DNA of 64,000 nucleotides, from contig JBBDMX010000099.1 in the NCBI GenBank assembly GCA_040878035.1, positions 1,367 to 65,366 on the forward strand, read 5' to 3'. Position 1 is the stretch's first letter, and every line of letters begins with the position of its first letter. This document shows, in pieces, positions 16,500-26,183 of this stretch. The DNA is from Phycisphaeraceae bacterium (GTDB taxonomy: Bacteria; Planctomycetota; Phycisphaerae; Phycisphaerales; Phycisphaeraceae). The position numbers and the translations under genes were made by a program. The notes under the pieces were generated by a model. The model saw only the letters and a list, made by a program, of their open reading frames with translations, was not told where the DNA came from and did not search any database.

Positions 16500-18038
16500 C
16501 TATGGCCCGTCACTTCGCAGCTTGTCCACCAGCGCCGCCACCGGCACCGTGGCGATCTTGGTCGCCACATCCGACATCGCATAGGGGATGATCAAGGTGT
16601 CGCGGTGAATCATCGGCCCGCATGAATAGACCACGTTGGGCACGTAGCCTTCACGCTCGTCGGCGGTGGGAACCAACAGCGGCTGGCGCAGGCGGCCGAG
16701 CACCTTGCCCGGATCGTCGCGGTCCAGCAGCATCGCGCCCACGCAATACTCGCGCACCGGCCCCACGCCGTGTGTCAACAGAATCCAGCCTGCCTCGGTC
16801 TCCACCGGCGAGCCGCAGTTGCCGATCTGCACCAGTTCCCAGGGCTCCCTGGGCTCCTGAAGCGGCTGCGACACGTTCCAGAAGTGCGGGTTGTCTGAGC
16901 GCAGCAGGTACAGCTTCTCCCCGTCGTGCCGCGACACCATCAGGTAGTCCCCGCCGACCTTGCGCGGGAACATCGCCATGCCCTTGTTACGGACGAATTT
17001 GCCGTTGAGCGTACTGATGTGGTAGCGGCGGAAGTCGGTGGTCTCCAGCAGCATGGGCATGATGCGGTACCCGTCGTAGGCCGTGTAGGTGCCGTAGTAG
17101 CACGCCTGGCCCCGGTCATCAATGAAGCGCACCAGGCGCAGGTCCTCCATGCCGCGGCTTTCGTTTTCCGTGGCGGGGAAGATGACGGTTTCCGCGGGCA
17201 GGCAGTGCGCGGGGAAGCGCAACTCGTAGTTGGCGCGGGCCAGCCATTGCATGCTCTTGACGTCGATTTCGAAGGATGCGGGCAGGTCGGGCGCGGCGCC
17301 CGCCTCATTAATGGCGCCTTCCAGCTCCTTGAGCGTGAACTGGTCCCCGACCCGCTCCAGCACCAGTAGCGCCGACGGTTCGTGGCCCGCCATTTCCTGC
17401 AACTTGCGCAGAAACAGCGCCTTGTTGTAGAGCTTGTCGGGAATCGGCTTGGCGGTATAGGCATAGCGCTGCGCCGGATCGAAACTGATCTGGCAGTCCT
17501 TGTCGATCACGCCGCGACGATAGACGATCGACGAAACATGGCCTTCGCCCGTGGCACGCATGCTCATGAGGAAGCGGATCGCACCTTCGGGCAGGCCGGT
17601 CTGGTCGGGGTGCAGGACGATCGACGGATTGAACAGCGCCGCCGACTCGATGGAGTATTCGAGGGTGAAGTAGGCGCCAATCAGCGCGCGGCGTGCCGGG
17701 CTGACGGGCTGGCCGTCCAGACGCCCCGCCACTTCGTTGAAATGCGACTCAAACGCACCGTCCAGATCGTAGTGCCGATCGGAGAAGTGCTCTTGCACCG
17801 TCGCCAGCAGTTGGACCACTTCCGGCTCGCCCAGGGCCATCAGGCGTTGCAGGATCGATTTGATCCGCGTCTCATCACCGAAGTTGAGGTAGCGCGTGAT
17901 CACCCGTTTGTCGTCGGAGACGAACTGCTCGGGGAGGCGCACGATCGACAGGGGGGCGACGGTGGGCGCTTCGGGTGTAAGGGTGGAGGCGGTCGTGGTG
18001 GTCATGGCGGTGTCGAGCGCACTTGCGTCATGGGGCAT
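16500..18038 (-). CDS. GH130-like (DUF377 beta-propeller) glycosidase/phosphorylase-family protein with an extra N-terminal domain
   Basis: The C-terminal VPNVVYSCGPMIHRDTLIIPYAMSDVATKIATVPVAALVDKL resembles the GH130 C-terminus. Start taken at Met MPHDAS (18038); MTTTTAST (18005) is an alternative. The 5' extension of ORF 16500..18260 overlaps the ilvC start and is unlikely to be coding. Confidence 0.5.
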   Translation of the reverse strand: MPHDASALDTAMTTTTASTLTPEAPTVAPLSIVRLPEQFVSDDKRVITRYLNFGDETRIKSILQRLMALGEPEVVQLLATVQEHFSDRHYDLDGAFESHFNEVAGRLDGQPVSPARRALIGAYFTLEYSIESAALFNPSIVLHPDQTGLPEGAIRFLMSMRATGEGHVSSIVYRRGVIDKDCQISFDPAQRYAYTAKPIPDKLYNKALFLRKLQEMAGHEPSALLVLERVGDQFTLKELEGAINEAGAAPDLPASFEIDVKSMQWLARANYELRFPAHCLPAETVIFPATENESRGMEDLRLVRFIDDRGQACYYGTYTAYDGYRIMPMLLETTDFRRYHISTLNGKFVRNKGMAMFPRKVGGDYLMVSRHDGEKLYLLRSDNPHFWNVSQPLQEPREPWELVQIGNCGSPVETEAGWILLTHGVGPVREYCVGAMLLDRDDPGKVLGRLRQPLLVPTADEREGYVPNVVYSCGPMIHRDTLIIPYAMSDVATKIATVPVAALVDKLRSDGP

Positions 18039-18180
18039 TGTGCAATCATACGCGCCTACCGCGCAGCGGGCAGCCCCGCCTAAAGCTGAGCCGCCGGGCC
18101 GCGTGTGCGCGTCCTCATCTTTACCCCAGGGCTGATTCCCGATAAACTGCCGGGCTCGACCTCTTTTTGGAGAACTGACG

Positions 18181-19209
18181 ATGACCATCGCCGCCGCCGC
18201 ACCGACCAAACTGGAAACTCTGTACGACAAAGACGGCTCGCTCGATGCCTTGCGCGGCAAGACCGTGGCGGTGCTGGGCTACGGCAGCCAGGGCCACGCC
18301 CATGCCCAGAACCTGCGCGACAGTGGCGTCAAGGTCGTCGTCGCCAACCGCAAGGACTCGCCCAACGGCAAGCTGGCGATCGAGCATGGCTTTGACCCCA
18401 TGAGCGTTGCCGACGCCGTCAAGCAGTGCGATATGTTCATCATGACCCTGCCCGATGAAGTGCAGCCCGAGGTATTCGAGCAGTCGATCAAGCCGAACCT
18501 GCGCCCGGGCATGGTCATGGGCGCGACGCATGGGTTTAACATTCACTTCAAGACGATCGTGCCGCCCAAGGATCTGGACGTGGTGATGGTGGCGCCCAAG
18601 GGCCCGGGGCACACCGTGCGCAGCGAGTTTGAGCGTGGCGGCGGCGTGCCGTGCCTGCTGTCGGTGCACCAGGACCCCTCGGGGCAGGCCCGCGACATCG
18701 CCCTGGCGTGGGCCATCGGCGTCGGCGGCGGCCGCTCGGGCATCCTCGTCTGCACCTTCAAGGACGAGTGCGAAACCGATCTCTTCGGCGAGCAGACGGT
18801 GCTCTGCGGCGGATTGTCGGCGCTGATCAAGGCCGCATTTGAAACCCTTATCGAGGCCGGCTATCCCCCCGAAATGGCCTACTTCGAGGTGTGCCATGAA
18901 CTCAAGCTCATCATCAACCTCATCGAGCGCGGCGGGCTGAACTACATGCGCTACTCGGTGAGCAATACCGCCGAGTTTGGCGACTATCACACCGGCCCCA
19001 AGATCATCACCCAGCAGACCAAAGAGACGATGAAGGCGGTGCTGGCGGACATCCAGTCGGGCAAGTTCGCCCAGACCTTTCGCGGCGACTACGCCAAGGG
19101 TTTCCCCTGGTTCAAGGCCCAGCGCGAGAAGGACCGCAACCACCCGGTGGAGCAGGTGGGCAAGAAGCTGCGCAGCATGATGCCGTGGCTCAAGCCGATT
19201 GAGATGTGA
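18181..19209 (+). CDS. ilvC: Ketol-acid reductoisomerase
   Basis: The GKTVAVLGYGSQGHAHAQNLRDSGVKVVV Rossmann motif and full-length class I KARI similarity. Confidence 0.95.
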   Translation: MTIAAAAPTKLETLYDKDGSLDALRGKTVAVLGYGSQGHAHAQNLRDSGVKVVVANRKDSPNGKLAIEHGFDPMSVADAVKQCDMFIMTLPDEVQPEVFEQSIKPNLRPGMVMGATHGFNIHFKTIVPPKDLDVVMVAPKGPGHTVRSEFERGGGVPCLLSVHQDPSGQARDIALAWAIGVGGGRSGILVCTFKDECETDLFGEQTVLCGGLSALIKAAFETLIEAGYPPEMAYFEVCHELKLIINLIERGGLNYMRYSVSNTAEFGDYHTGPKIITQQTKETMKAVLADIQSGKFAQTFRGDYAKGFPWFKAQREKDRNHPVEQVGKKLRSMMPWLKPIEM

Positions 19210-19300
19210 GCCGCTTGCGGCTTCGCGCCAACGCACGGAGAACCTGGGCTTCTGGCATCACCCACCGCTGCGCGAAGGCGCAAGCGGCCGAGGAGAGGGA
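19209..19300. repeat. REP-C inverted pair (GCCGCTTGCGGCTTCGCG ... CGCGAAGGCGCAAGCGGC) between convergent ilvC and skp-like genes
   Basis: Read directly. Related copies occur at 11589-11612, 12069-12090, 32501-32519 and 51005-51022. Confidence 0.7.
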
Positions 19301-19324
19301 GCCGGAGGCTAAGCCGCCAGCGGC

Positions 19325-19942
19325 TTACGGCGCCGGTTGCGTCGTGGGCAGCGGCTCGGGCGTCCTGATCGTGGGGATCGGCGGGGAGGCGGGCTTTTCC
19401 TTGAGCATGCGGTCCACCACCGGGTCGGTGATGTCCACGCTGCTGTCGTACCACACCACGTTGTCCAAGGGCACCAGCACCAGGGTCATGCCGTGCTCGC
19501 TGGCGACGTTGCGGGCGTAGGGCTGGATCACATCGCGGTATTGGCGGACGGCCGTGTCGCGCACGCGCTGCAACTCCTGCTTGGCCTGGGCGAACGCCTG
19601 GTTGTACTGGTTGTTGGCCACCGCGGCCATCTGCTGGACCTGCGCTTCCTGCTCCTTGGTGAGCTTGTCGCCCATCTTCTGTCGCTCGGTCTGGAGCGTC
19701 TGCGCCAAGCTGTTACGCAACGCGGCGACCTTGAGACCCAGTTCCTGATCGGCGGCGCCCAGGGCCTGCTGGAGTTCCTTTTCCCAGCCCATGGCCTTGG
19801 CGACCTTGTCAAGGTCGATCACCCCGACCTTGCCCGTACCGGCGGCGTCATTACTGGCGTTGGCCGAGGGCGAGCCGTCGCCGCATCCCGCCAGGCCGAG
19901 AGTCGCCGCCAACATCGCCACCATGATGAATCGCTGAACCAT
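19325..19942 (-). CDS. OmpH/Skp-family periplasmic chaperone-like lipoprotein
   Basis: Signal peptide plus LAGCG lipobox, a Q/A/E-rich helical body, and the typical ~170-200 aa Skp length. Confidence 0.55.
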   Translation of the reverse strand: MVQRFIMVAMLAATLGLAGCGDGSPSANASNDAAGTGKVGVIDLDKVAKAMGWEKELQQALGAADQELGLKVAALRNSLAQTLQTERQKMGDKLTKEQEAQVQQMAAVANNQYNQAFAQAKQELQRVRDTAVRQYRDVIQPYARNVASEHGMTLVLVPLDNVVWYDSSVDITDPVVDRMLKEKPASPPIPTIRTPEPLPTTQPAP

Positions 19943-20089
19943 GATTGATTGCTCCTGGAGGACGGAAAGGGAAAAAGGGCTTGATCCGTCGCTGTGGATA
20001 TGGTACCCATTCTTCAGGCGAAGGTCTGCAAAGCTTGTTCACCCCAGGCCTCTCCCGCGCCGCGGAGGAGGCCATATGGAGCGACAGGG

Positions 20090-21037
20090 ATGTCCGCTGG
20101 TATGCCATTGTTATCTGATGACCCGTTAACCGCTGCGCCAGTGGAACCGGCGAATCCGGAGAGTCCGGGCTCGCGCAAGGCATTGCGCTTCTGCGTGCTG
20201 GGCAGCGGGTCGGGCGGCAACAGCAGCGTGATCGCGCTGGGGGATCAGGCGATCCTGGTGGATGCCGGCTTTGGCCCGCGCACCATCGGCCGCCGGCTGG
20301 AGCAGGCGGGGTTGCACTTGCGGCAGGTGCGTGCCTTGTGCCTGACCCATCTGGATCAGGATCACTTTCGGCCGCATTGGGTGCGCACGCTGGTCGAGCA
20401 GGGCATCGGCCTGTATGTGCACCGCTGGCACCTGCCGGACCTGCATCGCGTGCCGTTGATTGATGCGTTGTACGACGCGGGGCTGGTGAAGATTTTCGAG
20501 GGCGGTGCGTTCCTGCCGCTGGGGGGCGCGGCGGACCTGGAGGCCCGGCCGGTGCGGCTGCCGCACGACCGCAAAGGCACGGTGGGCTTTCGCTTCGAGA
20601 GCGGCGCGGGGCGCATCGGCTATGCGACCGACCTGGGCCGGGTGCCGCGCGAGCTCATCGACGTGTTGAGCGACGAGGGCGGCGTGGACCTGCTGGCGAT
20701 CGAGAGCAACTACGACCCGCCCATGCAGGAGGGCAGTCACCGGCCCGCGTTCCTGAAGCGGCGCATCATGGGCGGGCACGGCCACCTGTCCAACCAGGAA
20801 GCGTTCGAGGCCGTGCAGACCATCGCACAACGCTGCGCGCCGGGATGTCCCTCGCGCATCGTGCTCTTGCATCGCAGCGACCAGTGCAATTGCCCGACGA
20901 TCGTGCAGCGCGTGTTCGATCAGAATCCGCACCTGTCGCAGCGCGTGATGCTGGCACAGCAGCGGCGGCGCTCGCCGTGGATCGAGGTGCGGCCGCTGGC
21001 GGCGGCGGGGCGCAAGCAGTTGACGCTGGGGTTTTAG
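20090..21037 (+). CDS. MBL-fold metallo-hydrolase (YycJ/PhnP-like)
   Basis: LTHLDQDH metal-binding motif, RFCVLGSGSGGNSSVI N-terminus, late GHGHLSN histidine. Start at ATG 20090 inside ORF 19994..21037. Confidence 0.6.
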   Translation: MSAGMPLLSDDPLTAAPVEPANPESPGSRKALRFCVLGSGSGGNSSVIALGDQAILVDAGFGPRTIGRRLEQAGLHLRQVRALCLTHLDQDHFRPHWVRTLVEQGIGLYVHRWHLPDLHRVPLIDALYDAGLVKIFEGGAFLPLGGAADLEARPVRLPHDRKGTVGFRFESGAGRIGYATDLGRVPRELIDVLSDEGGVDLLAIESNYDPPMQEGSHRPAFLKRRIMGGHGHLSNQEAFEAVQTIAQRCAPGCPSRIVLLHRSDQCNCPTIVQRVFDQNPHLSQRVMLAQQRRRSPWIEVRPLAAAGRKQLTLGF

Positions 21038-21039
21038 GG

Positions 21040-21147
21040 CAGAAGTGAAAAGTGCAAAGTATGAAGTGGGGACGCGGCAAGCCGCGGCGCTTCGTATGGC
21101 GTGCTCTTTGCTTTCGACTTCTATGTTCTACTTTACACTTTTCACTT
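21040..21147. terminator. Hairpin from (GAAGTGAAAAGT) units between convergent genes
   Basis: gaagtgaaaagtgcaaagtatgaagtgggg pairs with ctatgttctactttacacttttcactttc. Confidence 0.55.
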
Positions 21148-24100
21148 TCACGTCAACTCTTCCGCCTGCCAGCCCAGGACGCGGTAGGCGGCGGCCTTGA
21201 TGTCGATCACCAGGCTCAAGAGCAGGGGCACGACCAGGAGGGTGAACATTGCCGACAACAGCAATCCGCCCAGGACGACGCTGCCCAGGCCGCGGTAGAT
21301 TTCGCTGCCGGCGCCGGGCTTGATCACCAGGGGGCTTAGGCCAAAGAGCGTGGTGAGCGTGGTCATGAGAATGGGCCGCACGCGGGTGCGCACCGACTCC
21401 TTGATCGCCAGGCGCGGGGGCATGCGCTCGATCTTATCCAGTTCGCTTTCGCCAAAGCCACGCATGAAGTTGAGCGCCTGCGCCACCACGAGAATGGCGT
21501 TATTAACCACCGTGCCGATGAGGATGACAAAGCCCAGCATGGTCACCACATCGAGCATCTGCGTGGGGACAAAGGAGTGTGTGATGCGCAGACCCAGGAA
21601 GCCGCCCACCGTCGCCAGCGGCACGGTGAACATGATGACAAAGGGATAGACCCAGCTCTCGAACAAGGCGCACATCAGCAGGTAGTTGATCAACAGCGCG
21701 ATGAACATGCGGCTCTGGATGAGGCTCTGGAAACTGCGCAGGTTGACTCCATACCACTTGCCCAGCAGGGCTTCGCGAACCTCCGCCAGGTCGTCGGCGG
21801 TGCCAGCGGGACGGGCGTCCATTCCGGGCTGGATGACATTCTCGGCCTTGAGCTTGTCCACCATGGTCTGGATCAGGTTGGTCGCCTCTTCCAGCGGCAT
21901 ATTCGCGGGCGGCGTGACGCTCAGCGACACCGCTTTGCGTTGCTCGACGCGATTGATCTGCTGGGGCGCCTCGGCCTCCACGAAATGCGCCGCCGTGCTC
22001 AGCGGCACCGTCTTGACCGAACCATCAAGGGTGGAAACCGCCAGGGAAACGTTCTTGAGCTGATCAGGGTACAGCTCGATCCCCGGCTTGCGGATCGCCA
22101 GCAGGTCGATAGTGTCGCCCTTGTATCGGTAGTCGCCGATGGCCAGGCCATCGACCAGTGCCGAGATGCCGGCGCCGAGGTCGGCGGTGTTGATCTGGAG
22201 GTCGTTGGCGACGACCCGATTGGTGCGCACCTGTAGTTCGGGGCCGGGCAAGTTGAAATTCTGCGGACTGGGAAAGACCGCCATCACGCCGAAGCGCTCG
22301 CGCAACTGGCCCTGAAGCACCTCGGCGGCGCGGCGAATCTGCGCCATGTCGTCGCCGGTGATCTCCACGTTAATGGAGTTAGTGCCGCCCAGTCCCCGGC
22401 CAAAGAGGCTCTGTTGGAACGCCAGCGGGTAGACGCCGGGAATCGCCCCTGCCGCCCACGGCAAAGCCGAGGTGAGCGGCTGGACATTGTCCTTGTCGCC
22501 GCTCATCGCCCCGTAGAAAATGCCGCCGTTGTAGCCCACGAAGAAGAAGCTTTCGATCGGCGGCACGTGCGGCACCGGCTGACCGGTGAAGGCGTTGACC
22601 ACCGGCACCTTGGCGGTGTCCTGGTACGACTTGGCCTCCCACAGCGGACGCAGGTTCCCCTCCATGCGTGCCGCCAGGGTCTTATTCTGCTCCATGCTGT
22701 ACGCCGGCGGCACCAGCATGATCCCGAACACCAGGTTGCGGTTGCCCGCGGGCAGGTAGGTGGTCGGCGGCATCAGCAGCCAGGCGCCCAGGATCGATGC
22801 CACCGTGATGATTGCCACGACGCCCAGGCGTACGGCCCAACTGCCCAGGCACCAGTAGATGAAATTGGCGAAGACGGCGTTAACCCGGCCCAGCAGAGGC
22901 ACCAGGCCCAGCAGTTGGTCGGAGCGTTCGGCCCAGAGGTGCTTACGATGCTGGTGCGGCTTGAGCATCCGCGCCGAGGCCGAGGGAATCACCGACACCG
23001 CCACGATCAGCGACAGACTTACCGCCGCGCAGACCGCCAGGGAGATATCGCGGAACAACTGGCCGGCCTCTTCCTGCATGAAGATCACCGGCAGAAAGAC
23101 GATCAGGGTGGTGAGCGTCGAGGCGAGGATGGCGGCCCAGACTTCGCTGGTGGCGTCGTAGGCGGCCTGGCGTGGCCGCTTGCCCATGCCCAGGTGCCGG
23201 TCGGTGTTCTCCAGCACCACGATGGCGTTGTCCATCACCATGCCCACGGCAAACGCCAGCCCCGCCAGGCTCACCACGTTGAGATTGCGCCCCAGCGCCG
23301 CCAGGGCGACGAATGTGCCGATGATCGACAGCGGAATCGCCATGCTGATGATGAAGGTCGGTCGGATTTTGCGCAGGAACACCGCCAGCACCAGGATCGC
23401 CAGGACGCCGCCTTGCCAGAGGTTGTCGGTGACCAGGCGCAGCGAGTCGTGGATGTAGATCGTCTCGTCGTAGACCTGCTCGATGCGCAGCGTCAGCCCG
23501 GGACTCAGATGGTGCTCGGCGACATACTCCCTGGCCATGGCGGGCAGGACCTGGTCGTTGACCTCCTTGATCTGCCCGCGCAGTTGGTTCATCACCGCCA
23601 TGACATTGGCGCCGGTTTCGCGAATGGCGTTCATCGCCAGCGCCCGTTCACCCTTGGAGTGCACGAACGAACGCTGTTTTTCGACGGTAAGGACGACGTC
23701 GCCCAGATCCTTGACGCGCACCGGCCCGCCGGGACCATACGTCACCACCGTCTGCCGCACCGCCTCCAGATCCTCGTACTGGCCAATGGTGCGGATACGC
23801 ACGTCCAGCCGGCCGTTGGTCAGGTCGCCCGCCGAGGTGTTGACGTTTTCCTGCTGAAGCGCCCGCCGCAACGTATTGAAGGTGATGCCCCGCTGCGCCA
23901 TGAGATCGGGATCAATCTCGATGTGCACCTCACGCTCACGACCCCCGTAAATGTTGATCTGGCTTACGCCCGAGACACGTTCCAGATATGGCTTGACCCG
24001 CTTGTCCACATCGTCGTAAATCTTCTGCACGTCGAACGTCGGATCGCTCGAGGTCAGAATCATCCAGGTGATCGGGCTCTCGATGGCCGACTCGGCGGCG

Positions 24101-24483
24101 ACGATCACCGGCTGATCCACGTTGTCCGGGTAGCTGCTCACCTCACGCAGCTTGTCGCTCACCTCCTGCAAGGCGCGGGTCATCTCCGTCCCCAGGTAAA
24201 ACTCCAGCGTGATCTGCGCCTGGCCCTGGTTGGCGGTGGACGTCATCTTCTTCAGATTCGACACGCCCTTGACCTTCTCCTCCTGTTTCTCAATGACCTG
24301 GCTCTCGACCTCCTCGGGGCTCTTGCCCGTCCAGTTGGTCGTGACCGAGATGATCGGCTTGTCGACGTTGGGCGTGAGCTGCACGGGGATCGCAAACAGC
24401 GCGATCAAGCCGAAAAGCAGCGTCAACAGCACGCCGACGGTCACCTTCACCGGGTTGTCGATGCAGAATTTGATGTAGTCCAT
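21148..24483 (-). CDS. RND efflux transporter permease (AcrB/CzcA superfamily), 1111 aa
   Basis: MDYIKFCIDNPVKVTVGVLL N-terminus, 12-TM architecture with two large periplasmic loops. Confidence 0.9.
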   Translation of the reverse strand: MDYIKFCIDNPVKVTVGVLLTLLFGLIALFAIPVQLTPNVDKPIISVTTNWTGKSPEEVESQVIEKQEEKVKGVSNLKKMTSTANQGQAQITLEFYLGTEMTRALQEVSDKLREVSSYPDNVDQPVIVAAESAIESPITWMILTSSDPTFDVQKIYDDVDKRVKPYLERVSGVSQINIYGGREREVHIEIDPDLMAQRGITFNTLRRALQQENVNTSAGDLTNGRLDVRIRTIGQYEDLEAVRQTVVTYGPGGPVRVKDLGDVVLTVEKQRSFVHSKGERALAMNAIRETGANVMAVMNQLRGQIKEVNDQVLPAMAREYVAEHHLSPGLTLRIEQVYDETIYIHDSLRLVTDNLWQGGVLAILVLAVFLRKIRPTFIISMAIPLSIIGTFVALAALGRNLNVVSLAGLAFAVGMVMDNAIVVLENTDRHLGMGKRPRQAAYDATSEVWAAILASTLTTLIVFLPVIFMQEEAGQLFRDISLAVCAAVSLSLIVAVSVIPSASARMLKPHQHRKHLWAERSDQLLGLVPLLGRVNAVFANFIYWCLGSWAVRLGVVAIITVASILGAWLLMPPTTYLPAGNRNLVFGIMLVPPAYSMEQNKTLAARMEGNLRPLWEAKSYQDTAKVPVVNAFTGQPVPHVPPIESFFFVGYNGGIFYGAMSGDKDNVQPLTSALPWAAGAIPGVYPLAFQQSLFGRGLGGTNSINVEITGDDMAQIRRAAEVLQGQLRERFGVMAVFPSPQNFNLPGPELQVRTNRVVANDLQINTADLGAGISALVDGLAIGDYRYKGDTIDLLAIRKPGIELYPDQLKNVSLAVSTLDGSVKTVPLSTAAHFVEAEAPQQINRVEQRKAVSLSVTPPANMPLEEATNLIQTMVDKLKAENVIQPGMDARPAGTADDLAEVREALLGKWYGVNLRSFQSLIQSRMFIALLINYLLMCALFESWVYPFVIMFTVPLATVGGFLGLRITHSFVPTQMLDVVTMLGFVILIGTVVNNAILVVAQALNFMRGFGESELDKIERMPPRLAIKESVRTRVRPILMTTLTTLFGLSPLVIKPGAGSEIYRGLGSVVLGGLLLSAMFTLLVVPLLLSLVIDIKAAAYRVLGWQAEELT

Positions 24484-24692
24484 GGCGGCTGCTTCTGGTC
24501 AGAAGAAGAGGAAACAGGGATGAATACGGACGAACACGGATGAAGAGGAAACAGTGATAGACATGATGGACAGGATTTGAAGAGGGAGGCTGAACAGTAA
24601 CCTGGATGGATCATGTTCATCATGTCCATCCTTGTTCCTTCTTCTTCTTATCCGTGTTCATCCGTGTTCATCCCTGTTCCCTCTTTCTGATG
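24484..24692. repeat. Long imperfect hairpin of (GGATGAACACG/AAGAAGAGGAAACAG) units between the adaptor and permease genes of the RND operon
   Basis: Arm 24508-24560 pairs with 24611-24672, and there is a central palindrome around atggatcatgttcatcatgtccat. Confidence 0.6.
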
Positions 24693-25970
24693 TCAATGAT
24701 CCGTTGTTGCGGGCGCGGTGGCCGGCGCCTGGGCCTCGGCGGCGACAGCCATCACCGGGGCCGTGGGCCAGAGTCGCTCAGCGCCTTCGATCACCACCTG
24801 CATGCCCGGCGCCAGCGGCGGGCCGGCGTTGCTCGGCGCGGTCTGAACCGCATAGCGGCCTCCATGACTGAAGAGCACCTCCACCGCGATGGGCAGCGCC
24901 TTGCCGTTCACGTTGGCCCAGATCACCTGCCCCATGCCCTGCGCCACCACCGCATCGCGCGGCACGGTGAGCACCTTGGTCTTTTCGCCCATGGGCACCT
25001 GCGCCACCACGCTCATCCCCGGCTTGAGCTGGCCCGCCTGATCGTCCAGCTCGATCTTCACCGGGAACGTGCGCGCCGAATTCACCCCCTCGGGCACAAT
25101 GGCGCGCACCTTGCCCGTCACCCGGCGAGCGCCGGCCGCCAAGGGCTCGATGACCACCTCGACCGTCCGGCCGATCGCCAACTGGTTCACCATCCGCTCG
25201 GGCACGTCGATCAGCGCGTCAATCCTGCCCGTGGAGACGATCTCGGCGACGGGGGTTCCCACCGCGGCCCACTGACCCACCTCGATGAGCTTGCGCACCA
25301 CCGCGCCGTCGAACGGCGCGACCACCTGGAGGCGCTGCATTTCGGTGGCGATGCGGTCGAGCGTGGCTTGTGCCGCCAGCACCGCCGCCTGCGCCGCTTC
25401 CAGCCGAGCCTTGCCCGCCTTTTCCGCGGCGCGGGCGTCGTCAACTTCCTTGGGCTTGGCCGAGCCGCCCGCCAGCAGCTCCTCAAGCTGCTGGCGGTCA
25501 CGCTGCGTCTGGTCGTAGTCGGCCTCGATCTCCAGCACCGTCGCCTTGGAGCGCTGAAGATCGGCACGGGACTGCTGATCGTTGAGCTGCACCCACACGG
25601 GGTCGATCTTGACCAGCACCGTCTTGCCGCCGATCACCGCGTCGCCCTCGGTCACAGGCATCTGGACGATCTTGCCGGTGGTCTCGGTGGCGACAAGGGT
25701 GCGGCGTTGTTCATGGAGTCGGCCGATGGCTTCCCATTGGTTCTCCAGTTCCTGCTGCTGGACCTGGCCAAAGCGAACCATGGCCGGCGGCGGCCCGGTC
25801 GGCGCGCCGTTGCCTGGCGCGCCGCCGGGGCTTCCGGGGACGCCCATGGCGCCAGCGAGGGCGGGCACGACGCGGAACCACATGATGCCGGCTCCGACCG
25901 CGACGCCGATGGCCAGAGCGATGACGCTGACGATGATGATCAGAACCAGATTCGCGGCATTGCGAGGCAT
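24693..25970 (-). CDS. RND efflux periplasmic adaptor (membrane fusion protein, HlyD-like)
   Basis: N-terminal TM anchor MPRNAANLVLIIIVSVIALAIGVAVG, then coiled-coil/lipoyl/beta-barrel pattern. Start at Met 25970 within ORF 24693..26015. Confidence 0.8.
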   Translation of the reverse strand: MPRNAANLVLIIIVSVIALAIGVAVGAGIMWFRVVPALAGAMGVPGSPGGAPGNGAPTGPPPAMVRFGQVQQQELENQWEAIGRLHEQRRTLVATETTGKIVQMPVTEGDAVIGGKTVLVKIDPVWVQLNDQQSRADLQRSKATVLEIEADYDQTQRDRQQLEELLAGGSAKPKEVDDARAAEKAGKARLEAAQAAVLAAQATLDRIATEMQRLQVVAPFDGAVVRKLIEVGQWAAVGTPVAEIVSTGRIDALIDVPERMVNQLAIGRTVEVVIEPLAAGARRVTGKVRAIVPEGVNSARTFPVKIELDDQAGQLKPGMSVVAQVPMGEKTKVLTVPRDAVVAQGMGQVIWANVNGKALPIAVEVLFSHGGRYAVQTAPSNAGPPLAPGMQVVIEGAERLWPTAPVMAVAAEAQAPATAPATTDH

Positions 25971-26075
25971 AAAGGTCTCCAGGATCCGCGGGGCCAGGCG
26001 GTCCGGCGGTCCCAAGTCCGAGGTCGGGCCGGGGCCGTCGTAAGTGCGGCCGTCGGGGTGGTGGACAACACGGGT

Positions 26076-26122
26076 ATCTGCGAGTACCGTACAGTGTACG
26101 ATCCAGAATGGTACAGCGTACG
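26076..26122. promoter_or_regulatory. Two near-palindromic sites (ccGTACAGTGTACga and tgGTACAGCGTACga) in the divergent TetR / RND-operon intergenic region; candidate TetR operators
   Basis: Read directly. GTACAGTGTAC is self-complementary except for the central base. Confidence 0.35.
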
Positions 26123-26183
26123 AAGCCGATTGCGCCCGGTCAAGCGCCGACCGTTAAACCACTTTTTTTCGGATCTGCCGGTC

